Of a stretch of 32,434 bases of DNA, positions 20,290 through 30,154 are shown piece after piece. Location: contig NW_005201240.1 in the NCBI RefSeq assembly GCF_000372725.1, forward strand, positions 104,240 to 136,673, written 5' to 3'. Position 1 is the first letter of the stretch. Each line of letters begins with the position of its first letter. The DNA comes from Emiliania huxleyi CCMP1516. Its lineage: Eukaryota. The notes under the pieces were generated by a model, which did no database searches, was not told the DNA's origin, and worked only from the letters and a program-made list of their open reading frames with translations. Position numbers and translations under genes: made by a program.

Positions 20290-22345
20290 TGGATATTCGC
20301 ACTAAAGTGCTCAATGGATGACGAGAGGCGCGAGCTCCAGAGGCCAGTCTTGTGGACTAGGCCACTCGCGCCCCTCCCGGCCATGCCGGTAGGAGCCGGG
20401 GCGGCGCTCGTATAGCAAGGCCCGTGGGGCACTCGCCACGAGGCTGCTCCCATATTGGCTCGGTGGGTCCACGTATGCTAGGCGGAGGCTGATACGTGGT
20501 TAGAGTGCCGCAGAGGTAGGGCTGGGAAGGCTCCTAGCGGCTCCCGATATCGTCGCGCAGTCCCTCGCGAATGCGTGCGCGCCTGCGCGAGTTGCTGCAG
20601 CAGGGCGCCTTCGGCACCGGGTCCCGCAGGTCGCCGATTGCGCGGTCGATCGCCGCGCGCCGCCGCTTGTCGCCCGTGCTAGGTCGGGGGGCGAAGCGCT
20701 CCCAGATCGACTGGAAGGAGCGGGACAGGTCGGCCGCGAGGTCCGGCCATTCGACGTGTGAGAAGGGCGTGCTGCCCATCTCAATGAGTAGCTCCCGATC
20801 CCCCCGGGACGGGAGATCAGCGAGGTTCGCCCCCGACGCGACGTATTCGAACCAGACGCTGATGTCGAGCGCCAGGCACAGGGTGTGGAAAATGTGGATG
20901 AGGCGCGCGCAGTCCGCGTCCTTGCAATCGCCCTTACCGAGACCGAACAGTGCGCCGGTGTTATCCACAAAGCAGATCACGTCCCTGCCGCGGAACTGGC
21001 CTGGTCGGGACAGGATCGCGACGAGCGGCGCCAGCGTCTCCAACTGCGTGATGTACTGCTCGCGCTTAGCCCATCCGGCGATGATACGGGCCGGGACTTC
21101 GATAGACAAGTCGCGCCAGCGAGACTCCGTATCAAGCGGGTCATATAGCGCGACACCGATCCGGGCCGGCTGTGCCGCCTTGGCCTCGTACATCGCGTCC
21201 GTGTAGAGAGCTATCGGCGGGCGCGAGTGGCGGTCGCCGCAAAAGTGAAACCTGCGCCGGGGGATGCGCGGCAGCAGGAAATAGAGGAAGATCAGTGCCT
21301 CCCTAACGACGGCCGCAGTGACGCTCTCGTCGAGGGCTCCGCTTTGTCCTCCCGCCCCGGTGGCACGGCGGAGGATCCCTATAGCGGCTCTGCCAATGCG
21401 CCCGGCGGTTGCTGATGAGCGGACGAACTCCAGCTTGCCGAAGAAGTGCCTCGCCTCGGCTGACGGTATGCCGTGCTCGAGGTACCGCTCTATGGAGTCA
21501 ATCAGCTTTGCAATCCTCTCGGGCTTAGATTGCATGAACACTATGCCTTGCCGGAACTGAGAAAGGTCCGTGACAACGCCCAGGAACGGGTTAATCTCGC
21601 GGGGAGGAACATCCTTTAGGCCCTCCGCGAGCGGTACGCCAAGCCAGAGATGTAGCTGGCGCAGCACCACTTTGGCCGACGCCGCTGCNNNNNNNNNNNN
21701 NNNNNNNNNNNNNNNNNNNNNNNNNNNNNNNNNNNNNNNNNNNNNNNNNNNNNNNNNNNNNNNNNNNNNNNNNNNNNNNNNNNNNNNNCCTCCGTACTCC
21801 CAGCCACGAAGCGGCTGTGGGGTCTCCTGGAATGCGCTCAGGGCGGCATCCATCTCGGTGTCAGGCAGGGCACGGCCTTCTGACACACTGGCGAGAGACA
21901 CGGAGCTCTCGCCAACTTCTGCGGGCTCGGCCGGCTCGGCTCGGCCAGCAGGCTCGGCCTCCGTACTCCCAGGCCGCGAAGGCGCTGTGGGGACCTCACG
22001 GAATGCGCCCAGGGCGGCATCCATCCCCGTGTCAGACCTCTCTGGCAGAGCTGAAGCGAGGCCAGGAATGTCGGAGAATGCGAGCAGTGCTGCCTCCGAC
22101 ATTGGGCTGCGCGAGGCGCAGCACAATAGCGGCGCGCGGCGTGGAGCGCGCGCGCCGGCTGGCTGGGTTGTGCCAGCAGAAGAAAGATCGCTCGTGGCGC
22201 GGCGGCGAGGCTCGGGCTCGCTCGCGCGCACGAGAGACCGTCGCCCTTCGGCGAATGAAGTTAGAATGGATTACGTAAATCCATATTGGCACATCGATCG
22301 CTACCAGTAAAGAAAGTCGTGCCGGGCTAAAGCCCTTACTCGTAG
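20290..22345 (-). mobile_element. DIRS/Ngaro-like retroelement (RT C-terminus plus RNase H); boundaries approximate
   Basis: Contains the RT/RNase H ORF (20534-21688), an N-terminal ORF segment (ATG 22102) with an internal approx. 170-nt-period duplication, and a hairpin-rich 3' region. No tyrosine recombinase is visible. Confidence 0.65.
20534..21688 (-). CDS. Reverse transcriptase C-terminus and DIRS-type RNase HI domain
   Basis: PFLGVVTD (late RT motif) and GKLEF, then RNase H acidic motifs YTDA, ITQLE, FVDN and NLADLPSR. The RT catalytic core would fall in the 100-N gap. Confidence 0.85.
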   Translation of the reverse strand, partial: AAASAKVVLRQLHLWLGVPLAEGLKDVPPREINPFLGVVTDLSQFRQGIVFMQSKPERIAKLIDSIERYLEHGIPSAEARHFFGKLEFVRSSATAGRIGRAAIGILRRATGAGGQSGALDESVTAAVVREALIFLYFLLPRIPRRRFHFCGDRHSRPPIALYTDAMYEAKAAQPARIGVALYDPLDTESRWRDLSIEVPARIIAGWAKREQYITQLETLAPLVAILSRPGQFRGRDVICFVDNTGALFGLGKGDCKDADCARLIHIFHTLCLALDISVWFEYVASGANLADLPSRGDRELLIEMGSTPFSHVEWPDLAADLSRSFQSIWERFAPRPSTGDKRRRAAIDRAIGDLRDPVPKAPCCSNSRRRARIREGLRDDIGSR

Positions 22346-22400
22346 TGTTGCTCTCGAAAAAGAATTTGAGGACCGGCCGCGTGCGAAAAAGATTTGTACC

Positions 22401-23692
22401 GGCACGGGCAGAGGAACGAGAGAAGAATATAGGGTGGATAAAGCGCCTGTTCACGGCATGGAGGGTGAGCCACACCGAACGTACCGAGCGAAGAGCCGAA
22501 CGGAAGGAGGACGGGGAAGATGACTCCGAGGAGGACGAACCAGAGAGAGAGATTTTTAGCAATACCAAACAAATCTAACACTCACACGTCATTTGGGGCC
22601 TTGGAGCCCTGTTCACGCGCGCGCGAGACGTGCAGACAGGGTTGCCAGGTGAGAGCGAATGGCGCGGTTCACGCCTCGCACAACAGAGAGAGAGATGCGC
22701 TCTGCATGGTGGGACATAAAAGAACCAGTGGAAATTCAGTTGTCAGATGTCACGATGCATCCGAAGGGGACCCCAGCGCCGGCATCATCCGTAGAGGCAC
22801 GAGTGTTCGAAGTGAGAGTGGACCTGAGCAACAACATGACCTGGAGGCAAATGATCGGAGTGGGAGTCAGAAATGTGGTCCTTGCGCGAGGGGAGCTCGA
22901 TAGACTCGAGGGGCCAGGATATGCAGCAAGGAGGGCGGAGCTGCGCCGAAAGGCGAAAGAAGCCGAGAGAACAAGGGAACGGCAGGCGGCGGCGGCGCAG
23001 GACGAGGCAGAAGAGAATGACGCGACAGAGGAGGAAGTGACAAGGGAGAGAACGACGAGAGTGGGACGGCCGCGAGGTGGCATGAAGGTTGCAGCGAGAA
23101 TCGGCGAGAGACTGCGAAAAGAGATAGGAAGAGGCAGACTCCCTAGGGTGGGCGACGGCTAGCGCATCACACTCCTCTCCTTAAAATCCCTGTGTGGTGG
23201 CGGCGTGCCGTCCTCCCATCCCTCCCTTGGGTTGTCTGTTTTCTTTCTTTTTTAGAATTGTACAGGCTACGAAATGAGACGATCCGGGGCGTTCTGGATA
23301 TCTCCGAGAGGGTGGGCACGCGTGTGTCGTGACGGACTGCTCTGGTTTGGAGGCTCCAGCGAGTATTTGTGGAGAGCGCATCGAGATTCAATCGAGATTG
23401 CGGAGCTACACGTCGAGGTCAAAACGTGCAGGTGTGAGGCCGCTGGTGCCTCCACCGTCCCTTGGAGACGACCCCACTGCCCTGGGGCGTCTTGATACGA
23501 TCAAGGGCGAGCACACGGCGCCCCGGCGCGCGTGCCCACGAAACGGTGGCACAAGGGAGGGTTTTCACTCAAAAATCGCCCCCTGCTCGTGCGGGGGCGG
23601 GGTGAAATGCAAATGCCGACCGGGCCCAGGTGATCCGTTTAGCGTTTTGCCCCGTGTCGTATGGCTCGTGCACTTTTGATAATAACTAACAA
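22401..23692 (+). mobile_element. Probable 3' fragment of a non-LTR (LINE-like) retrotransposon: ORF tail plus 3' UTR
   Basis: Purine-rich degenerate coding sequence ending RLPRVGDG* at 23162, partly duplicated at 29145-29358. It is followed by about 500 nt of hairpin-rich sequence ending in an A-rich tail (ATAATAACTAACAA). No RT or endonuclease motif is visible, so the class is inferred. Confidence 0.5.
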
Positions 23693-24001
23693 GGAAGAGT
23701 GGCTGCTGTGTGTTGGCGCGGCATCGGATCAATCGCTGTCATCGCTCAGAGCAGGCCCCGCCCGGGGCGCCGCCACCGCCTTCCCTTTGCCCTTTCCCAC
23801 GCGCGGCGCCTCCTCCATCGAAGCGCCAGCTCCATGTAGCACCGCCTCCAGGTCAGTGCGGGCATCCGCGTGGAGGGCAACGACCTCTTCCACGAGCTCN
23901 NNNNNNNNNNNNNNNNNNNNNNNNNNNNNNNNNNNNNNNNNNNNNNNNNNNNNNNNNNNNNNNNNNNNNNNNNNNNNNNNNNNNNNNNNNNNNNNNNNNA
24001 G

Positions 24002-24676
24002 GCCACGGGGGTGTCCGACGTGAGCGAGGTGATTGAGAAGTTCCTCACGCAGGAGACGACGCACAGGAACCTGGAGCAGATGACTGCCGAGGCACAGGCC
24101 GACATCGACAAGCTCACGGCCAAGAAACGCGAGGCGCACGAGCGCATGCAGCGGCTCAAGTACAGCGCCGAGGCGGGCGAGGAGCCGCCGCAAGTGGCGT
24201 CGCCCGAGCCTGCGGGCCGCACGCACGAGCGGCACCGGCACCGGCACGAGCGGCTGGCCAAGGTGCTCGTCGCGATCAAGGCGGGGGTCGAGCATCTCGC
24301 CGACCGTCTCGATGGGGTCGACATCGAGGAGGCGCGGCTGGCGCTCACAGAGGACAACATGGTGGAGGTGCTCCACCAGTGCGAGAAGAAGCTGCGGCGG
24401 GTGATTGACGCCATTCGAGAGGAGGAGGAGGCGATGGTGCGAGAGATGGGTCAGTCCACTCTCAAGGCGCGGCCGGACATGCCGTCGGAGCCGATGGCCG
24501 CCAATAATTGCCGCATTGGCGACGTGGATGGCGAGGACGTCGATTCGGAGGAGGAGTACGAGGAGGATCTGGAAGAGGAGGTATTTGACCGCGACGCTCT
24601 CAAAGAGCAGTCGCGAGGCATGCTCGACATGGCGAGCAAAAAGCGGACGAAGAAGAGGAGGGCCAACGGCAACTAG
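24002..24676 (+). CDS. Outer dynein arm docking complex / CCDC151(ODAD3)-like coiled-coil protein, terminal exon
   Basis: AG acceptor at 24000-24001, then ATGVSDVSEVIEKFLTQE...LKYS...IKAGVEHLADRL...NNCRI, an acidic stretch and a basic tail; stop at 24676. Confidence 0.7.
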   Translation, partial: ATGVSDVSEVIEKFLTQETTHRNLEQMTAEAQADIDKLTAKKREAHERMQRLKYSAEAGEEPPQVASPEPAGRTHERHRHRHERLAKVLVAIKAGVEHLADRLDGVDIEEARLALTEDNMVEVLHQCEKKLRRVIDAIREEEEAMVREMGQSTLKARPDMPSEPMAANNCRIGDVDGEDVDSEEEYEEDLEEEVFDRDALKEQSRGMLDMASKKRTKKRRANGN

Positions 24677-25131
24677 CGCGTATGGTGTCGGCGTCGCTGG
24701 TTTCTAGCTCGTTGGACGCATCAGCCTGGACGGCGAGCTGGATGGAGAGGAGGGCGGGAGATCTGTTATAAAGGGTGTTCATTATCAACCCCGATCCGCC
24801 GCACATCTCGTGCACTCCTTGAGCGGTCTCGCGCGCCGGCGCGCCCCCGTCTCAGCTCTCACTCTCAGCTCTCACCCCGGCGTGCAGGGCCGAGATAATA
24901 GGTTATAGCTTATTGCGCGCCGAGCGGGGGTCTCCGGTTTTTTTGCGTAATGCGAGAAATGTGAGTTGTGAGTGTCAGTGGTGTGTGATCTTATGCAGGG
25001 CATCTTATCGTTCACAGCGCCCCCCCAACAACAAGCAGCGGACATGCAGGGTACGGCTAACTAACATGCGCACGTCACACCAGGTTCGCCTCGAACAGAT
25101 TCGCCACGGCTAACGCCACACGCGCGCCACA

Positions 25132-27214
25132 TCACGCTCCCTTGCTCCGTGGCTGGTACTGGAAGAAGGAGAAGGCGGTGTTTTGGCGGAGCGAGGTCTG
25201 CATCGCCTCGTAGAGACGCAGCCCCTCCTCGCGGTACACCTGGATCGGGTCGGTGCCAGAGTACGCCTTGAGGCCCGCAAAGTCCTTGACGTACCCCATC
25301 GCCTTCATGTGCGCCTTCCAGAGCGTGTCCGTCTGCGTCAGCGCGAGGAAGCGGCCGGACTCGACCGCAAGACCCGGCCGGACGCTGTCCAGCTCGGCTG
25401 CCTTGGCGCGCAACGCCTCCTGCACCGCCGCATGCGCGCGCTCCTCGGCGCCGTCGCCCTCGAGGTCGGCGGCGGTGAGCGGCACCGCGGGGAAGAACTG
25501 CTGCAGCTTGGCGAGGGTCGCCTCTGCGCCCGACGCATCCAGGTTGCTCTTCAGGATGTCGGAGGCGGTGCCGGCCGCGTGGGCGGCGAGGGTGTCGAGC
25601 ACCTCGTCGGCCGAGCCGCGCAGCACCGCGGCGCGGGTCCGGTAGGTGTCCTCCCTCTGGACGGCGAGCACCTGGGGGGGTGGGGGTGGTGGGGGTGGGG
25701 GCAGCGGGTGGGGGGGGGAGGGCGCAGCGCGGGGGGGGGGGGGTTGTTGCAGCGGCGCCTCCTCGAACTCGAAAAGCTTCTGGCGGAGCTCGTAGTAGTA
25801 GCGCTCGACCTTGGGCTGGGTCTCCTCCACCACCCGCTGCACCTGCCCCGACTCGAGGGGCTGGTCCTCGGAGATGCGCATGAAGTCGAGCAGCCCCTTG
25901 ATCTTGTCGCCGCCGAAGAGGCGGAAGATGCGGTCCTCGAGCGAGAGGAAGAAGTGCGTCGAGCCCGGGTCGCCCTGCCGGCCCGCGCGGCCGCGCAGCT
26001 GACCGTCGATCCGGCGCGAGTCGTGCAAGTTCGTGCCGATGACGTGCAGCCCTCCCGCCTGCAGCACCCGCTCCTTCTCCGGCGCGAGCTCCTCGGCGAA
26101 CTCTTCGCCGACCGCCTCGAGCGCCTCGCGCGCCTCGTCCTCGACCGACTCCTCGAACACCGCCGCCGATGAGGCCGCCACCGCGAGCAGCTCGTCCAGC
26201 GCCTAGGCGGAGAGGACCCACGCGACGCTCAGGGAAGCCTCCACGAAAGTGCCACGGCGAGCAGCCCTCGTCCGGCGCCGCGAGCTCCGCCCGCTCGTGA
26301 CCCTCGGCGTCGTCGTCCGCCGCCGCCGCCGCGCGCGACTGGGCGAAGCGCGCCGCCGCGCGGCCGACAGCGGCCTCCGCCTCCTCCGACACAGCGCGCG
26401 GGAAGAAGCCGTCGCGAGGCGGCGTGACGCCGGACAGGCCGGCGGCGGCGGCGAAGGCGGTGCGCAGGTAGAGGCGGGCCATGAAGGCGGGGTTGCCGCC
26501 GAGCAGGATGTCGGTGCCGCGCCCAGCCATGTTTGTCGAGATAGTGACGGAGCCCTCGCGGCCGGCCTGGGCGACCACCTCCGCCTCGCGCTGCGCCGCC
26601 TCGGGCGCCGCGGAGAGGACCTGCGGGGGGGGGGGGGGGGGAATCCGGAAAGGGGGGGGGGGGGAAGTGGAAGAACAAGGGAAGAGGAGGGAGGGGGGAA
26701 CCGAAGAAGAAAAGTGGGGAAACCGGAGGAAACCGGAAACGGAGGGGAAAATGGGAGGAGGCCAAGCCAGGGTTTCCAATCTCCCCTCGGGGTTGACCCC
26801 CAGCTCGGTCAGCTTGTCCCAAAAAACCTGAAACCCCCCCACCGAAGTGGTCCCAACCAGAATCGGCCGGCCGCTCCTCCGCAGCGAGAGCAGCTCGGCG
26901 AGCGCCGCGTTGGACTTCCCGCGCGTCGTCTTGAAGACCTGCGGCCGCGGCTCCGGCCAAGCGCTCAGGAGCTAGCTGCCCGGCAGGGTCTAAAAAAGGG
27001 TCCGGGTTCGGGAGTCACAGAGTCTGGGATGTCGGAGCGCAGCGACGGGAGGACGGGCGGCACGTCGACCACGTCGAGGCCGTAGATGGTCGCGAACTCC
27101 TCTGCCTCGGAGAGGGCGGTGCCCGACATGGAGGAGAGCTTGCGGAAGCGGCGGAAGAGCGACTGGTAGGTTACAGACGCGACCACCTCCGTCTCCGGCT
27201 GCACCATCAGCCCC

Positions 27215-27246
<32 letters not shown>

Positions 27247-28981
27247 GCCCCACCGGCGCCCCTCCATCACGCGGCCGGAGAACTCGTCGATGATGACCGC
27301 CTCGCCGCCCTGCACGAGGTAGGACCGCTCCTTGACGAAGAGCTCCTTCGCCTTGAGGGCGTTCGACACGTACGACGCCCACGGGTTGGTCGGCTCGTAC
27401 AGGTCGCCCACCGCGAGCGCCTGTGAACAGCTCACGCCGTGAAGAGGCGAAGTGCGCAGCGGTGGTCGCGCCTCCCGCCGCGAGAACCTTTTCGCAATCG
27501 CGCGTGCCCTTGTCGGTCAGCGAGACCGTCTGCTCCTTCTCGAAAACGTCGTAGTGAATCCCGCGCTCGAGCACCGCCGCCAGCTTGCTCGCCGCGCCTA
27601 GTCGGTGACCACACCGCCCTGTGCGAGCGAGGACAGCAGATGCACGCCGCCGCCCGCTCGCCGCGCCGAACTTGTCGACCGGAGCGTCCGTCTTGCCGGA
27701 GATGATGAGGGGCACGCGCGCCTGCAGATAGGGGGAGATAGGGGGAGATAGGGGGAGATGAGGAGCGGCACGCGCGCCCGGAGATGCAGCCGAGATGAGC
27801 CGAGAGGTAGCCGAAGTTCGTCTTGCCGGAGATGGCGAGCGGCGCGCGCGCCTCGTCGATCAGCACCGAGTCGCCCTCGTCAACAACGCAGTAGTTGAGC
27901 TCGCGCCGAAGCACCACCTGAGCCATGCAGCGGCCCCCGCACCGTGTGAGCACCGTGTGAGTGAGCAGTGGTGTAGCAGCAGCACAACCCCGCAGCGCGC
28001 GCGCCTCCTCCGCAGTCACGGCCAGGTTGTCGCGGAGATAGTCGAAGCCTACAGACAAAGCAATGCGGCCTCCGGAAACAAGAACTGTGACAAGGCGGGG
28101 TTGTCGCGGAGGCAGTCGAGGCCGAGCTCCGAGTTGGTCACATACGTCACGTCGCTCGCGTACGCCTCCCGCCGCGCCGCCGTGTCGGAGCCGGACTGGA
28201 CGAGGCCGACACTCAGCCCGAGGAAGGCGTACACCTGCCGTGCGGTCGGGACGGGCCGTGAGCAGCAGGACGGCAGGAGGAGGAGGAGCGGAGGAGGCGG
28301 AGCAGCGCGCGCTCGAGGAGCAGAGTGGAGGAGCAGGGGCAGGGGGGGGGGGCGGACCTGGCCCATCCCCTCGGCGTCGCGCCGGGCGAGGTAGTCGTTG
28401 ACCGTCACCACCATCGCGCCCTTCCCGCTTAGCGCGTTGAGGTACACCGCCCCAGTCGCCACCAAGGTCTTTCCCTCGCCGGTGCCCATCTGCGCCAGCT
28501 TGCCGTCGTTCAGCGCCATCGCGCCGACGAGCTGCACGTCGTAGTGGCGGAGGTCGAGCGTGCGCCAGGCAGCCTCGCGCACCACAGCGAACGCCTCCTC
28601 GAGCAGCTCCTCCTCCGTCTCGCCCGCCGCGAGCCGCTTCCGGAACTCGGCCGTCTTGGCGGCCAGCGCCTCGTCCTCGAGCGCCTCAATCTCGTCCTCG
28701 AGGTCGTTGATGCGAGCGACCCGCTCGGTGTACGCCATCACCGTCCGATCGTTTGCCGCCGTGAAGGCGGCCGTCTTTGGGTCACTTTTGCTGTCGCTCG
28801 CCTGCTCGCCGCCACCGCGGATGGCCTCGCTCACCTGGTCGAGCACGCCCATCGCCGCGCTCGCCGTGCGCGTGGGCGACGCCACGGCAGGACGCTGGTG
28901 CGTGCACACGCGCACGGCGGGTGCTAGCGGCAGGTAGGCGGTGGACCCGCCGACGAGCAGCGACGCCAGCGCGGCCAGCAT
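25132..28981 (-). CDS. secA: Nucleus-encoded plastid-targeted preprotein translocase SecA, about 10 introns
   Basis: [125 protein letters not shown]. The N-terminus resembles a signal peptide plus transit peptide ([18 protein letters not shown]...). Confidence 0.95.
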
Positions 28982-29144
28982 TCTGCCTAGAGACGATTCA
29001 GTGAAAACGCAAGTACAGCAAAAGAATTCATTGGTGCAAGGAAAGAAAGAGAGGGGGGCTCGCGATGACGAGTGAACTACAGGTAGTGGGGAAGGCAGCC
29101 TCGATTGCCATACAGACATGGGTGCGAAACAACGACAAGACCAA

Positions 29145-29358
29145 GGCACGGGCAGAGGAACGAGAGAAGAATATAGGGTGGATAAAGCGCCTGTTCACGG
29201 CATGGAGGGTGAGCCACACCGGACGTACCGAGCGAAGAGCCGAGCGGAAGGAAGCCGGGGAAGATGACTCCGAGGAGGACGAACCAGTGGAAATCCAGTT
29301 GTCAGATGTCACGATGCATCCGAAGGGGACCCCAGCGCCGGCATCATCCGTAGAGGCA
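29145..29358 (+). mobile_element. Second copy of the LINE-like coding fragment
   Basis: Near-identical to 22401-22543 joined directly to 22729-22799. It may extend left to about 29060. Confidence 0.7.
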
Positions 29359-29359
29359 G

Positions 29360-29750
29360 GTGCCACTCCTCTACATGGACGTCAACCTTGGCCCTGGTAC
29401 GGCGCTCGTCCCAGCCACCGTTCGCAACAAGGCCAAGCGTCACGCCTCCTTCTACGTCCTCTAGGCAAGACTGGCCGCATTGGCCTTCACGAGGACGACG
29501 ACCCGCGGCAGCTCGCGCGCAGCTTTGCTCGCACGTACCAGCTCGATGCGATGATGCGCGAGCGGCTGCAGCAGCTCATCGAAAGGTACGAGTCGGGTTG
29601 CGGGGAGACGTTTACCGCGCAGCAAGAGACGCATGGGCTGCTCCCGATGGTAGGTACATGGACGAGGTTGTGCCGGGACTTGCGGCCCAGTGCAACGCCG
29701 CCCCGTCGACGAGCGACATTTCGTCGGAGGCGGTCGCCGAGGCGCCGTGA
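29360..29750 (+). CDS. 3' exons of an uncharacterised protein; 5' part missing
   Basis: Removing GT-AG introns 29397-29464 and 29586-29653 gives VPLLYMDVNLGPGKTGRIGLHEDDDPRQLARSFARTYQLDAMMRERLQQLIERYMDEVVP...*, which reads like a globular C-terminal domain. Confidence 0.6.
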
Positions 29751-30154
29751 GCGTGAGTGCAGGTCGTCGTCACGGTTCGATGGCTGCGCGTACACGCGAC
29801 GAGCGGCAGCTAAGAATTGACATTCTGTGTAGGCGAACAGAGGCAACAACTTCGCGTGCCGGCTGCTGCCTGTGGAAATTTGCCAACGGTGTTACGGAGC
29901 TGGAAGCTGGGAATAGCTGCGCGTTTAGCGCAGCGGTCTGGGGCCCCCTTTGAGCCTCTCGTTTAGCGCGGCCGTGGAGGTCTCAAATATGATCCAAAAT
30001 GGTGTGCGGTGGTCCAAAATGGTGTGCCAATCTTCGTGGAGACATATATAGACAAAAAAGCGACTGTGACTGTTGCGCTGACCGCTGTGCCGAGACTGGG
30101 TGCGGGTGCGGGTCCGCGATCACGGCCGCGCCGCGCACGCTCCGAGCTGCTGCA

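Noticed and set aside
23700..23899. Minus-strand coding-like fragment ending ...ALSDDSD* next to a gap
   Set aside because: Too short and gap-truncated to identify.
26620..26850. Odd SecA segment ([10 protein letters not shown]) and G/A-rich intron
   Set aside because: Adjacent to poly-G runs and looks like low-quality sequence rather than biology. The same applies to 17540-17635, 18480-18560 and 32285-32434.
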